Shown here: positions 12,269-24,429 of the stretch, in pieces | How positions within the stretch are numbered: the first letter of the stretch is position 1 | Layout: each line of letters opens with the position of its first letter | Origin: Okamejei kenojei | Lineage: Eukaryota | Reading direction: 5' to 3' | DNA: 64,000 nt | NCBI GenBank assembly: GCA_035221665.1 | Contig: CM069158.1 | Span: 17,980,001-18,044,000, forward strand | Made by a program: the position numbers and the translations under genes | Notes under the pieces: generated by a model | What the model was told of the DNA's origin: nothing | The model's input: only the letters and a program-made list of their open reading frames with translations | Database searches by the model: none

Positions 12269-12591
12269 TTAACAGCTGGATTGTGAGAGTGTGGCGGATA
12301 TTTTCGAGGCTGCTCCTTGTTGAACTGTGCAGGAGTACAACTTCCCACTGCTCCAGTCTGCGCCGGGCACCGTCAGGTAGCTGCTGAGACTGAAGGTGTT
12401 GTCCGTGTCCCGCCTCGCCGCGCTGGTTTGCACCTCACTGCCCGGCGGTCTCCCGTCCACTGTCCAGCTGACGGCGGGGAAGCCCACGGACAGTTTACTG
12501 ACCAGGCAAACTAAGGTGCCCGCTCCTTTAGCGGACATCTCCTCGTCTGACGGCCCCAGCAGTTTCACTGAAGGGTCTGGAAGATGCGAAG
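12269..12591 (-). CDS. Ig light chain (sigma-like) constant exon, copy 1
   Basis: Acceptor CCCATTGCAG; C1-set domain ASHLPDPSVKLLGPS...TLVCLVSKL...VSW...FSLSSYL...WSSGKLYSCTV...SQSSC* with terminal Cys; 323 nt. Confidence 0.93.
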
Positions 12592-13107
12592 CTGCAATGG
12601 GAACAAGGGAAGACATGTTTCAGGTGACGGAAGAGCTCGGTCATCTCCGCGTTTGACAGAAGCGCGAGTGAGAAGTTGCAGCTTCCTCTAGTGGGGCCGC
12701 GAGTCTCACTGAGGGACGGAGCGGTGCCCATGGAGGTCGCCACATGGATCAACACCGGGGAACTAGAGATGTGAGGCAACGTTCATGTTCTAGGAAAGAT
12801 GGACACAAAATGCTAGAACAGGAGACGTTTCAGGTAGGGGCCCTTCTTTACGCTGAATGTATGGGGGAAGGAACTGGAAGCAAGAAAAGACCAGCACATA
12901 GGCTAGTTCTGATTGTTGGCGAGGGACGGTGAGATCCCTGTAGCGAACTGTGGAGCTGATTATCCGACTTTTGATGGAGGAGATGCGGGGAGGTGGGGTG
13001 CGCGGTATTTTGTCCAAGTTCGCTGAGCAGCGGTTCCCGCAAAGGAGCGGCGGTCAAGGGGATAGATGGCAGGGGAGAAGAGGAAAGGCCTGGGGAACCT
13101 GGAGAGG

Positions 13108-13191
13108 GGCTTTTATTGGGCGGGTGGCTGCGGGAGAGTTCCGTCGTCACCGGGAGGATTGGAGGTTCCGTGAAATTCCGGGGGAGATTCC
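13108..13191 (-). promoter_or_regulatory. J-C intronic cluster of NF-kB-like sites plus GC/CCAAT box, copy 1
   Basis: Plus-strand GGGAGAGTTCC, GGAGGTTCC, GTGAAATTCC, GGGAGATTCC and TTTTATTGGGCGG; conserved with 42222-42303. Confidence 0.55.
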
Positions 13192-14091
13192 GCTGTGGGA
13201 TCCTCATACAATAACGTGAAACTTATAGTTCCACTGCCTCAACAACCCCGGGCTGTCTCTAGTCCTGTCCCCACTGTGAAACTGGACCCCACTTTAGGAA
13301 GCAGGGACCCCTCACGTTCACTTGGATCAAACCGGCATAAAAGCGGACGAACTAACGGGAGTAACACCGCGCAAACTCAGAGATTAAGTTAGTCTCAGAA
13401 ACACAATTTTCACAAGCACATGCAGAGACTGAGCAACTGTTCACAAAGGTAACTGATTAATTTCTGGCAATGTTGGGCTCTGCGTGGGGTGAAAGTCATC
13501 CTCAATAAGGATTGTAATATAGTTATATAGTAGTTTATTTAGTATATTTGTTTGTCTTGTATTATGGCGGTGGGTTTTGCTTTGATTTATTTCGTACTGT
13601 AAATGTTATTGTAAATAATTGATTAAGTATGTTTTGGTTCAAAAAAAGAGAACTGATTAACAGAGAGTGCACCTTTTTGAATCGAACAAGTTTCACGAAA
13701 AAGAGTAGTGTGGTTATTAAAAGACAGTGACAAAAATAGCTTAACACAACGACATTTAGCACAACTGGCGCTGGGCACAGAACTCGATTTAATTGAAAAA
13801 TCAACATCTTCTCTGTGAAATTAGCCAGGAAATAGTAAAGGTTAAAGTGTACCTATTTGAAATATCAAATAAGCTTCAAGAAATAGAGAATGTGGTCATT
13901 GAAATACAGTAGCAATTCACTGAACACAACTAGATTTATTTGAACTGGTGCTGGACACAGAACTCAAATGGATTGCAAAATAAAAATGTCTCGATAAAAT
14001 TAGCCAGATAATAATAAAGGTTAAAGTATTAGTTGCCAACTGACCGCATTCTCGCGGTTAGTAATTGCGGGATGATTTCCCAGACACTTAC

Positions 14092-14445
14092 CTGTAACAA
14101 CGAGCTTGGTCCCTGGGCCGAGCACCACAGCATTGCTCGCTGAAACCCATTTGCCGCAGTAATAGACGGCAGCGTCATTCACCTCCGCCTTGCTTATGAT
14201 CAACTGGTAAACGGTGCCGGCGCTCTTGCCTTTCGATGTGAAACGGTCGCTGCTAAACCCAGACCCGTAGGTCGGGCGGCTTGTGAGTGATAATGCCGGA
14301 GGATCCATTGAGTTGTTCCCCGGCGTCTGCTTGTACCAATTAACATATTGGCCATCATCTGTCCCGATGTTGCATTCCACCGTGGCCGTGTCCCCTGGAT
14401 TCACCGACAAGCTCGCAGGTTGAATCAGTGTCTGACACTCTCCAG
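14092..14445 (-). CDS. Ig light chain (sigma-like) germline-joined VJ exon, copy 1, with compensated frameshift in FR2/CDR2
   Basis: TTTACAG acceptor and G|GTAAGT donor; QTLIQPASLSVNPGDTATVEC...WYKQ...YGSGFSSDRFTS...DAAVYYCGKW...LGPGTKLVVT with no RSS between V and J. Confidence 0.88.
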
Positions 14446-14525
14446 CTGTAAAGTAGAAGGAATTCAATTTTAACTATTTACTATGACCCCCAAGAGCCCA
14501 CACCACACATGCCACCTGTACTTAC

Positions 14526-14571
14526 AGCCCAGCCACAGTACCAGAGACGAAATAAAGCACAGCGTTTGCAT
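14526..14571 (-). CDS. Ig light chain leader exon, copy 1
   Basis: ATG CAA ACG CTG TGC TTT ATT TCG TCT CTG GTA CTG TGG CTG GGC T|GTAAGT = MQTLCFISSLVLWLG; phase 1, in frame with the VJ exon. Confidence 0.9.
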
Positions 14572-14592
14572 CGTTGCTGCTCTCAGTTTCCT

Positions 14593-15237
14593 TTTTTTTT
14601 TCAAAGCAAATCTAAAATTTACAGGCTTTATTAAACAATGAGAAATCGAATCTCACCAACACTACATAATACGTGGCTAAACGTATGCTTTAAACTAAGG
14701 CTATGGAAAGAAAATTATCGGCACGTGGTAAAAACTTACTTTACACAATTTTAATTAATTACAGATGCACCCCCCTTCCCCCTTCTTCTCTCAACCTCTA
14801 TCCTATTTCAGGAACTTCACCAAGACATCTGGGAGTACTTACAGCTAGATTTTTTTTTAAAATTTCAAAATATACTTTATTCAAATGATAAATATATACA
14901 ATACGTTAACCTTGCGGAAAATCCATCCGACATTTTCGGGGGCTGTACAAATTGATGAATTCAGTTTAGACATTTCTTTTCCCCAAATTTCCACAAATCA
15001 GTCCCCCACTCTTGCCACTCATGTGGCACAATGGCGTGGGATACCTTCCCTTATTTTGAGGGGCGTCTCCACCATACGTGCCCCCCATGTCCAGCGGCGG
15101 AAGGGCCTTAGACAGTGGCCCTCCCCCACCGAGCCTTGGCGTTGGCTGCACCGAGCTTCAGTGCGTCCCTCAGCACGTACTCATGCAGTCTGCAGCGGGC
15201 CAGTCGGCAACATTCCCTGACGGACATCTGGCTCTGC
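14593..15237 (-). mobile_element. 5'-truncated Tx1/L1-clade LINE with apparent 3' transduction, inserted in the IgL copy 1 5'UTR
   Basis: ORF2 end QSQMSVRECCRLARCRLHEYVLRDALKLGAANAKARWGRATV* (stop 15108-15110); two AATAAA+polyA ends (14850 and 14593); TTCCT duplication at 14588-14592 and 15238-15242; absent from copy 2. Confidence 0.8.
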
Positions 15238-15301
15238 TTCCTGCCTCACTCCAGTCTCTGTATCTGTGACAGACTGTGGACGCCGCTGCGGATGGAACCC
15301 A

Positions 15302-15349
15302 CTTATAGAGCCATTGACACAGGAAGGAAATCCGTGCAAATCAGGGCGG
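15302..15349 (-). promoter_or_regulatory. IgL copy 1 promoter (GC box, decamer/octamer variant, TATA)
   Basis: Minus strand CCGCCC-TGATTTGCAC (15334-15343)...TATAAG (15302-15307); same layout in copies 2 and 3. Confidence 0.75.
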
Positions 15350-15764
15350 GTCATACTGAGCGATCGGAGCGCGGATCTGAATCCCTCCCATTCACCATCA
15401 GACACTTTCGGGTTGAGGCGGTGACACTGGCACTGGTCATCGGTCTGTTAAACACAATGCGAGAATGAGCAGGCCGTTTGTTGCTGATATTCCCCACCTT
15501 CTCCAACCATTCCCCGGAATCAGTGGTTGTAACACTCCATCCCTCAGCCTAGAGATGCTCCTCACACCTCAAGACACAACACGTTGGGACAGTGCAGACT
15601 TCAGGCACAAGAGATTGGAGATGTCCGGTCGGGACCTTACTTCAATCTTGGCCCAAAACGCGGTCTGTCCAATTTCCTCCACAGATGATTCTTTAAACTC
15701 GGAGTTCCTCAGTCAGTTTGTTTTCTCATACTAATTTAGACTTTAAGTTGAAACCCACCGCGAC

Positions 15765-16430
15765 AATTGAGGATCCAACATTGGCTTGGTGGTAAGACAG
15801 AGAGGGTGATAGTAGAGCATTGTTTCTCAAGTTCACCTGTGACCAGTGGTGTGCCACAGGGACTGGTGTTACGGCCAATGTTGCTTGTCACGTATATTCA
15901 TGATTTGGATGAGAATAAAGGTGGCATGATTACTAAATCTGTATATGACGCAAGAATTGGGGTATAGTGGACATGTGGAAAATACTGTCTACGTTTGCAA
16001 CCAAACTTTATCAACTGGGAAAGTAGGAAAATGAATGGGAAAAATAAAATTGACTCAGACAGTGTTGCATGACCGAGGGGCCCTTGTTTAGGCTGCACTT
16101 GGCATATTGTGCTCAGTTCCTGTTGCCATGCTCAAAGAATATATGTTGGATCTAGAAGCAGTTCAGATCAGATGCGCAAGCTTAGTTTGGAGGGTTTGAT
16201 TTATAAGGCGAGATTGGAAAGGCTGGAACTTTAGTCCCTTGAGTAAAGGAAGGCGAGAGGTGACCATTCTAGAAGCTTATAAAGTGTGCGGGGTATAGAT
16301 AAGGTAGATAGTCACACTCTAATGTAAGAGGGCATCGTTTGAAGGTGAGAGGAGAAAAGTGAAGATGTGCTATAGGGGTCGGATTTTTCACACAAAGGGG
16401 GTGGGTATATGGAATGAGCTGTCAGAGGAC
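15765..16430 (+). mobile_element. Old CR1 RT fragment
   Basis: RIQHWLGGKTERV...VTSGVPQGLVLRPMLLVTYIHDLDE. Confidence 0.7.
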
Positions 16431-17237
16431 CTGTTTCAGTTCTATATCATTTAAGGAATCCCTAAACCTACTAATGCAGTCTAAACGTGAGGATGGAAAT
16501 TGGTCTCTGTCACAATGAATTGTTGATGGCCTGAAACACCAGAAGACTCATTAACTCTTTGTGGAGGGAACCTCCCATGCTTCCCTGTGAATGTTTCCAG
16601 TCTCACAGCCTGCCTCAGAAGTTTCCCAGCAACCCAGTCAGAGGTCTACAGCCACCAATAGAAGGGCTTCAGCCATTAATGTCCAGGCACCACTGGAATG
16701 GCAACAACTGACTTTGCCAGTGGCATCCGTATTCCAAGAATGTGGAAAATTAAAGCTTGATCAGTCCCAGGGTCTAGTGAAATACTTTGTGTAAACATAG
16801 AGCAGGAGACAGGGTCCCAGTGAGTTACACAAGAATTGTCTTCAACAAAGACCCAGGGAATTAAATACGTTTGTTCGGTTGAAGTTGGGCAATGGTCTAT
16901 TGAATAGTCATAGTGTTTTGATTGAATTCTTTATTAATTGAGAGGGACTAATAAAAAGAGGCATGGGAGGGAATCTCAAAGCCATCGAAATGGGCGCACA
17001 GTGGGGTCTGGGAACTTACAATGCTTCCTGATTCCTGGACAAGCTTAGATACAGGAAGTGATGCCAGCTAGATCAGCTCAAGCTCTGTGTTTGGAGCTCG
17101 AACACCAACAGTCCGTGCTCAAATGGACCTTGATCCCAAGGCCGAATGTTTCATGTGCAGCAGGTTTCAGGAGGCGGTCATCCTCCACCTAAAGTGAGTG
17201 CTGGCAGTGGGGGAGCGGGAAACCACTAGAGAGACAA

Positions 17238-17457
17238 AGAAGTGGCAGATGGTAGAATCTGCAAACCGGTAAACAAAGTTAAAGCAGAATTTGGCCACAC
17301 AGTTGTGAGCATACTGGGAGTACAATAAGGGGCTGAGAACGATGCCTTGCAGGGTACCAGTGTTGAGAAATATCGTGGAGCAGGAGTTGGCACACATCCT
17401 TACTGAATGTGGTCTATGGGTCAGGAAGTGGAGGATCCAGTTGCAGAATAGGCACAT
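17238..17457 (-). mobile_element. Rex1/L2-like RT fragment
   Basis: CNWILHFLTHRPHSVR...LNTGTLQGIVLSPLLYSQYAHNC...FADSTI. Confidence 0.75.
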
Positions 17458-20400
17458 CCAAGGCTTGTAGGATGCTTCCTCAAAGAGCTAGAAGGAGCCA
17501 CATCATGGGAAGTTTAGCCGGAGAAAGAGGAGAGGTTTAAGATGGTTTGGCAGAGAATGAACACAGGAAAGTAGCATTGTAAAGAAGTTGAAAAAGAGCA
17601 TGTGATATTGTGGCAATGAGTTATAATCATGAAGGGCTATGAAGAACTAAATATTCCTCCATACATGGTAGGGTAGGGAAGGAATGAGAGGAGGGTGGAT
17701 GAGAGAAGAGTGAATGTGGTGTGAATCTTCTGAGACAATCTCTAGGGATGGAGGGTGACTTCCTTCCATTCCAGTTTTGATGGACATGAACTGGCCAATG
17801 AGGATAATGTGGAATCACAGACCCTTGAGTATGAGGGTGTGTAGTTTGTGAGCTGGTCCACTCCCTCCATCACAGATGGGCTTGTCTGTGTTGCTGACAC
17901 ATGACCTCAGCAAATACAATTTTCAAAACCAAATGCTCCATTTCGACCTGAATGCTCATGGGCCATAGAGTCCCTGGAGTTAGTGGTGATGTTGCTTTAC
18001 TTCAAACGGCTTTGAGCATACCGATAAATCGTGTCCGTTGCCCTGATCGGAAAGATCACAATGGGAAAAGGAAGGGGAGTTAAAATGACAGGAACGGGGA
18101 GATCCAGCGGACCTTGGTGGACAGAGTGCAAGTATTTGGCAAAATGGTTGTTTACTATATGCTTGGTCTCACTGATGTAAAGGAGGCCACATAAGGAGCT
18201 CCAAATGCAATAGAGGAGGTTTATATTTCACTCTTCCTTTGCTCTCTTTAACTGACACCCTTTTGTGCCCTTTTAGTCTCCAGCCTTTGTGGCAGAGGGG
18301 AGGGGAAAGAGGAACAGATAATAGGAAAATGGGGACATGGGGCCAGGAGATGAGTGAAGGAGTGGAGCAGGGTGACTGGGGCAGTGGGAGATGGTGGGAG
18401 AAATAGATGCGCACCCAGGTGATAGAGGAGGCATAGAAACGAGAGAAGGGTTAGATGGGGAAATTATTTGAATTGACTTGAAATGACTTCATACTACAAT
18501 ATGAGGGTCTGTTCCTCCAGTTTGCATGTGGCCTCACTCATGACAGAGCTTATAATAGTCTATGTGTTCCAAGAGTATGAACAAGGGTATGCGAACAAAC
18601 CAACCTGCGCAAACACAGGGAACTAAACATGACAATGGCAGTGTATCACTGGTGTTTGCAATGAATTTGATGGATTCCATGGAGATACTGTTGGCGGTTC
18701 TTCTGCACTGCCGTGTGATGCCTGCTGTAGCAAGTTCATTTGTCAGAAACAGAAAGGAAGCAGGAATTACAGTTCCCCAGTAGACCATGGCTTTGTGCCA
18801 GAGCTGCAGTCTCGGTCTTCAAATACTATTTTCCCCAAAATGTGTGCTGACACATTTAATGCAATGGTGAATGGCTCATCAATAGTAGCATGATCTCCAT
18901 GAGGAGTTTGACTACTAAAGTTTGGCTAGCTTTCAGTCTGGCATGCTGTTATCAGAGGTTTAACAATTCCCCATTAGTTTCCCATTCCCAGGTGATTCCC
19001 ATCATCTCCACTCCCAATTTGATGCAAGAACATACAGCAAGAAATGTTGCGAAACATGTTTGTGCAACTGGGAACCTTCATTCACCATTAGTTTTCAGAA
19101 CAAATGATTCTGTTGGAGAAAAGTTGCAGAATAAACATAAGCTGGAGATGTATTTCATTGGGAGCCAAACTTGAGGATATTCCACAATCGCTCACGATTG
19201 AGACTCAAAGGTTTGGTGAGAAAGACAACCTCCTCCTTGGCCTCCTCACTGCTTGCCTTCAGCAACTGGTACAACCACACCAGGTCTCCACTTTGCCAAC
19301 CTATCTCCACTCAGATAATAATCTCTTAGCCACTTATCTGGTTCAGCCACTGTTGAAAGTCCCTTCTATCAACTTATGTTGACTTTGTCCAATATATAAA
19401 TTAACAATGAAGAATGATGGGAGTTACTGTTTGGTAGAAGGAACCTGAAAGGGCAATACAAAGCAGAGTGTACAATTGTAAAAACAATGCAAGAACAGAA
19501 CTATCTAGAGGTGTATGTGCATGTTTTGTTGAAAAGCACAAGTCAAGGTGACACAGGTCCTCATCAGCAGAGACATAGAGAGCAACAGTATGTAAGTCAT
19601 GATAGGAACTTTGAGAAAACACTGGTCCGGCCACAACTGGTGTTTTCTGTTGAGCTCTGGGCACCATACATATTGAGTTCATAATTATTCAGCAATCCCA
19701 GGGTATCATCTTCTTCTATTTTACCAGATACATCCTCAGACATCCAATTGATCAGTAAAGTGTGAATTTCTCAAATCTGTGTTGATTCTGCTTAATCATG
19801 TAATTATTTCCTAGGAGGCCTGATCTCACACCCTTGATTGTAGGTTTCAGCAACTATTGATGTCAGTTTAACAGATTGGTAGTGAGCAGTTTTCTTCTAT
19901 CTTGTACAATGGGATTGGCTCAATGGAAGTCCCGCAGGCACATATCAATAAACCATGGGAGAGGAAATGAAAGTGGTGAGGTGGCAGGTGTACTCTCTTT
20001 GGGGACTTTAATGCCTTTCAGCATGCAGCATATCTAGACAATGTTGAAATGTGGGCAGATAAGTGGCAAGTAATGTCCACAATATAGAAATGCCAGACCA
20101 TGACCATGTCCAACAAGTGTAAGTCTAACTGCCTACCCTTGGCATTCAATGGCATCACTATCTCTGAGCCCCCTCCCCACCATGACCAATTTCCTGAGGA
20201 TCAGTATTGAACATAAATTCAGCTGGACCAGTTGTGAATTCTCCATGAACAGGAAGGCCAAATGCAGCATATGTTGAATTGATTGATCTAACTCCAGAAA
20301 ACTTTCGCCATTTACAAGGTCCAAGTCAAGTGCTCTTGATTGGAATACTCTTTATCCAGCGAGATGAACATAGTTCCAACAACATTCCTAAAGCTTAATA

Positions 20401-21462
20401 CTGTCTAAGACAAGGCGTAGACAAGACAAGCCATTTGATGGCTGCTTAACCACCACCCTGAAGATTCATTGCTTCTAACACTGGAGTACAATATCTACTG
20501 TGTCCATTCTACAAATGCTCTGGAGTTATTTCCCCAGGCTACAATGATAACACTTCCAAACTGTGAGTTTGTCTACCAAGAACACATGGCAGAAGATGCA
20601 TGGTTGTACCACCACGTATATGGTCACTTATAAGCCTCAATAGCATCCTGTATTGGAGATATATTGATGGAGCTTTATTATCAATGCGTATAAATCCTGG
20701 ATCTCCCTATCCTCCCACACTCTTGGAGCACCTTCACCAAAAGGAATGTAGACATTCCAGAAGACAGGTCACTACCACTTTCCCGTGGGCAGATAGTGTA
20801 ATGTCTGCTGTATGATCCTGTTGTGACTAGCACAATTAATACATGTCCAACATCTTGTAAGAAAAGTTTATTATCTCCAACAACCAACATAAACTACTAG
20901 AAGGTCACTTGCAATCAGTCACGAGGCACAGGCACACTCCCCAGCTTGTACTCCTGGCCTCAAGAGGGCACTGGCATTTACACATTGATGACGAGTACAA
21001 ATGTTTCAAGATGGCACTAGCATTTACATCACAGATAGGACAAATAAAGCTTGACAGAGAAATTAAAATGTAACTAAAATGTGATTGACTTTGGTTGTGT
21101 GGATTGTCTTGTTCAGATAATGGAGATCTCACTGTAGTATTTAAAAGCTTACTAGACTAAGTGGGACCCGTTGGGTCCCATGCTCACACGGGAGGGCTAG
21201 TCCCCCAACGCAATATTCCACCTCTCCACCAATTCCAATATTGGTGGCCAGTGGAGGGGGGGGGGGGGGAGGTGGGTGGGATTTCTGGAGCGCTGGTAAT
21301 GGTGTTGTTGGCCGCAGAGACTACTGGTCTCCAGAGGGCTAGTATGGACATTGTGGGCCAAATGGATTCTTGGGCTGGCAGCTCAGCCCCTCAAGCCTGA
21401 TGTGCTGGCAGCTCACTCATGGCTGGTGGGCTGGCAGTTGACTCACTGCTATTCCTTGAAAT

Positions 21463-21912
21463 TCCATTTCAAGCAGAGTGCAAGTCCACCAAATTCAAAT
21501 CCATTTTCCTACCATTTCAAGCAGGGTGCAAGGCCACCAAATTCAAGTGCAGTTTCTTACCTCTTCGAACAGGGTGCAAGGCCACAGAATTCAAGTGCAC
21601 TTTCTTACCTCTGCGGGCAGGGTGCAAGGCCACAGAATTCAAATGCAGTTTCATACCACTTCAAGCAGGGTGCAAGGCCACCAAATTCAGGTTCAGTTTC
21701 CTTCCACTTCAAGCAGGGTGCAAGGCCACTGAATTCAAGTGCAGTTTCCAACCACTTCAAGCAGGGTGCAAGGTCACCAAATTCAAGTGCAGTTTCATAC
21801 CACTTCAGGCAGGGAGCAAGGCCACCAAATTCAAGTGCAATTTCATACCATTTCAAGGAGGGTGCAAGGCCATCACATTCAAATGCAGTTTCATACCATT
21901 TCAAGCAGGGTG
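21463..21912. repeat. 48-bp minisatellite, ~9 copies
   Basis: Unit CCATTTCAAGCAGGGTGCAAGGCCACCAAATTCAAGTGCAGTTTCATA. Confidence 0.92.
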
Positions 21913-22310
21913 AAACCACCATAAAAACCACCACAAAACACCACACTCACAGTTCAGTAGACATTCAGTGTGTTCAGTTGATTCACAGCTCAGACAGAGT
22001 CGTGACCTTTCCCTCCCCCATCATGCAGAGACTGAGCATGATGGGTGAGGGAAAAACCCACACTTCCGGGTTTTATAATCCCTCCCCCTCCCACTGGAAA
22101 AGGTGCGACCTTATTGGCATGATTGACAGGAGAGAGATTCTCAACATTATTTAAACACTAATAACACTTTTGTTTTTCATCTATGGGAAGAATCCTCTGC
22201 ACCTGATAAGTGGAGGGGGACTGAGTAAGATGGCCAAAAATCACAGCCGTAAGTGGTAGCGTTTTATCTAAAATCAATATAGTGCAAACAGAAAGTTGTC
22301 AAGTTTAGCC

Positions 22311-23357
22311 AAACAACCATTTGCAGGCAGTGCCTTTTCACATCAACCCAAACCCCCCAAACAACCATTTGCAGGCAATGCCTTTTCATTTCAACCCAAA
22401 CCCCCCAAACAACCATTTGCAGGCAGTGCCTTTTCATTTCAACCCAAACCCCCCAAATAACCATTTGCAGGCAGTGCCTTTTCACTTCAACCCAAACCCC
22501 CAAAACAACCATTTGCAGGCAGTGCCTTTTCACTTCAACCCAAACCACTGAAGAAGGGTCTCGACCCGAAACGTCGCCTATCTCCTTCGCTCCTTAGATG
22601 CTGCTGCACCCGCTGAGTTTCTCCAGCTTTTTGTGTACCCACCCAAGCAACCATTTGCAGGCAGTGCCTTTTCACTTCATCCCAAACCCCCCAAACAACC
22701 ATTTGCAGGCAGTGCCTTTTCACTTCAACCCAAACCCCCCAAACAACCATTTGCAGGCAGTGCCTTTTTACTTCAACCCAAACAACCATTTGCAGGCAGT
22801 GCCTTTTTACTTCAACCCAAACAACCACTTGCAGGCAGTGCCTTTTCACTTCAACCCAAACAACCATTTGCAAGCAGTGCCTTTTCACTTCAACCCAAAC
22901 CCCCCAAACAACCATTTGCAGGCAGTGCCTTTTCACTTCAACCCAAACAACCATTTGCAGGCAGTGCCTTTTCATCTTCAACCCAAACAACCATTTGCAG
23001 GCAGTGCCTTTTCACTTCAACCCAAACAACCATTTGCAGGCAGTGCCTTTTCACTTCAACCCAAACAACCATTTGCAGGCAGTGCCTTTTCACTTCAACC
23101 CAAACCCTCCAAACAACCATTTGCAGGCAGTGCCTTTTCACTTCAACCCAAGCAACCGTTTGCAGGCAGTGCCTTTTCACTTCAACCCAAAAAACCATTT
23201 GCAAGCAGTGCCTTTTCACTTCAACCCGAACAACCATTTGCAGGCAGTGCCTTTTCACTTCAACCCAAACAAGCATTTGCAGGCAGTGCCTTTTTACTTC
23301 AACCCAAACCCCCCAAACAACCATTTGCAGGCAGTGCCTTTTTACTTCAAACCAACC
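22311..23357. repeat. 39/48-bp minisatellite, ~22 units, interrupted at 22548-22638
   Basis: Unit AAACAACCATTTGCAGGCAGTGCCTTTTCACTTCAACCC with optional AAACCCCCC. Confidence 0.92.
22548..22638 (+). mobile_element. Short Penelope-associated-type repeat with intact hammerhead-like core, inserted in the satellite
   Basis: CTGAAGA-AGGGTCTCGACCC-GAAACGTC at 22548-22575. Confidence 0.7.
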
Positions 23358-24429
23358 ATATTTTAATTTTCAAACCACATTACGGACACATTAATATCTC
23401 TCTGATTTTTCATCGATGGGAAAAATCCTCCGGTCCAGGAAGGCGGAGGTGATGCATGCTAAGTCACATTGTTGTTAGCTGTTAACCACACAAAGTTTCT
23501 GAAATATTCTCCTTACAACAGAATCCTCAGAGCAAAATATTTAAAATGGAGACGATGGAAAATGGAACTGAACCGCTCAGTTCTTGTTCAGACAACATTA
23601 CTGTGTACACAAGGAACTGCAGATAGACACAAAATGCTGGAGTAACCCAGCGAGACAGGCAGCATCTGTGGAGAGAAGGAATGGGTGATGATTTGGGTCG
23701 AGACCCTTCTTCAGACTGCAGGAACTGCAGAGGCTGGTTTACAAAAAAACCCACAGTGCTGGAGTAACTCAATAGTTCAAGCAGGATCTCTGGAGAACAT
23801 GGATAGGTGACATTTTGTGTCGGGACCTTTGTGTGTTTATTTCCATTTTTCACCTGTGAATCATTCTTTTTCACTCCATAGAACTGATATTATAAATAGA
23901 GCTATCTGAAGAAGGATCTCAACCCAAAACTTCTTTCCAGCTGCTTCACCCGTTAAATTACTCTAGCATTTTGTGTCTACCTTATAAATAGAGCTGATGT
24001 ACTCATGCCATTGTCAGTTGAATTTTAATATGCTATCAATGGACAGTAGTGCCTTGTTGGTCAAATATTCTACTCATGCATAAAATTGAACAGCGTGATG
24101 AATCTAATCCAAATAAAATCTGGATATTGAAGTCAAATGTGTTCATTTTAATAGAGAAAGGGTATTCATTAAGCCAAGGGTGCAGAGAGTTAGCACTACA
24201 CCAATCAGTTTACAGTATTTCAGATCAGCTTCAGCAAAGTGGTTTATATTGTGATGAAGGAGGTCTGTGACTTAACCTAGTGGGAGAGAACTCCATGGGA
24301 TATTCCGGCATTACTGAGCAGTGTAAATGTGGAAGAAGCATTCCTTTCAATGCTCCAACTTTTTAAATAAAAATGTCCATGTCGTTTAAAGAAAGAGGTC
24401 TGGTACAGTTGAAATCAGCTGCACCCTGG

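Larger units (their letters stand above)
21151..23450 (+). mobile_element. Helentron/HINE-like non-autonomous element carrying two internal satellites
   Basis: Starts ACTAGACTAAGTGGGACCCGTTGGGTCCC (small hairpin); core CACTTCCGGGTTTTATA...CATC(T/G)ATGGGAA shared with 4740-4920 and 63100-64000. Confidence 0.55.

Noticed and set aside
13660-14030. ~180-bp duplicated block in the copy 1 J-C intron as a second J or RSS
   Set aside because: It is a diverged local duplication of intron sequence with no FGxG or RSS.
21351-23452. Long repetitive ORFs (267, 284, 253 aa) or a CRISPR-like array
   Set aside because: Stop-free because the 39/48-bp satellite units are multiples of 3; there are no unique spacers or cas genes, and the context is eukaryotic.
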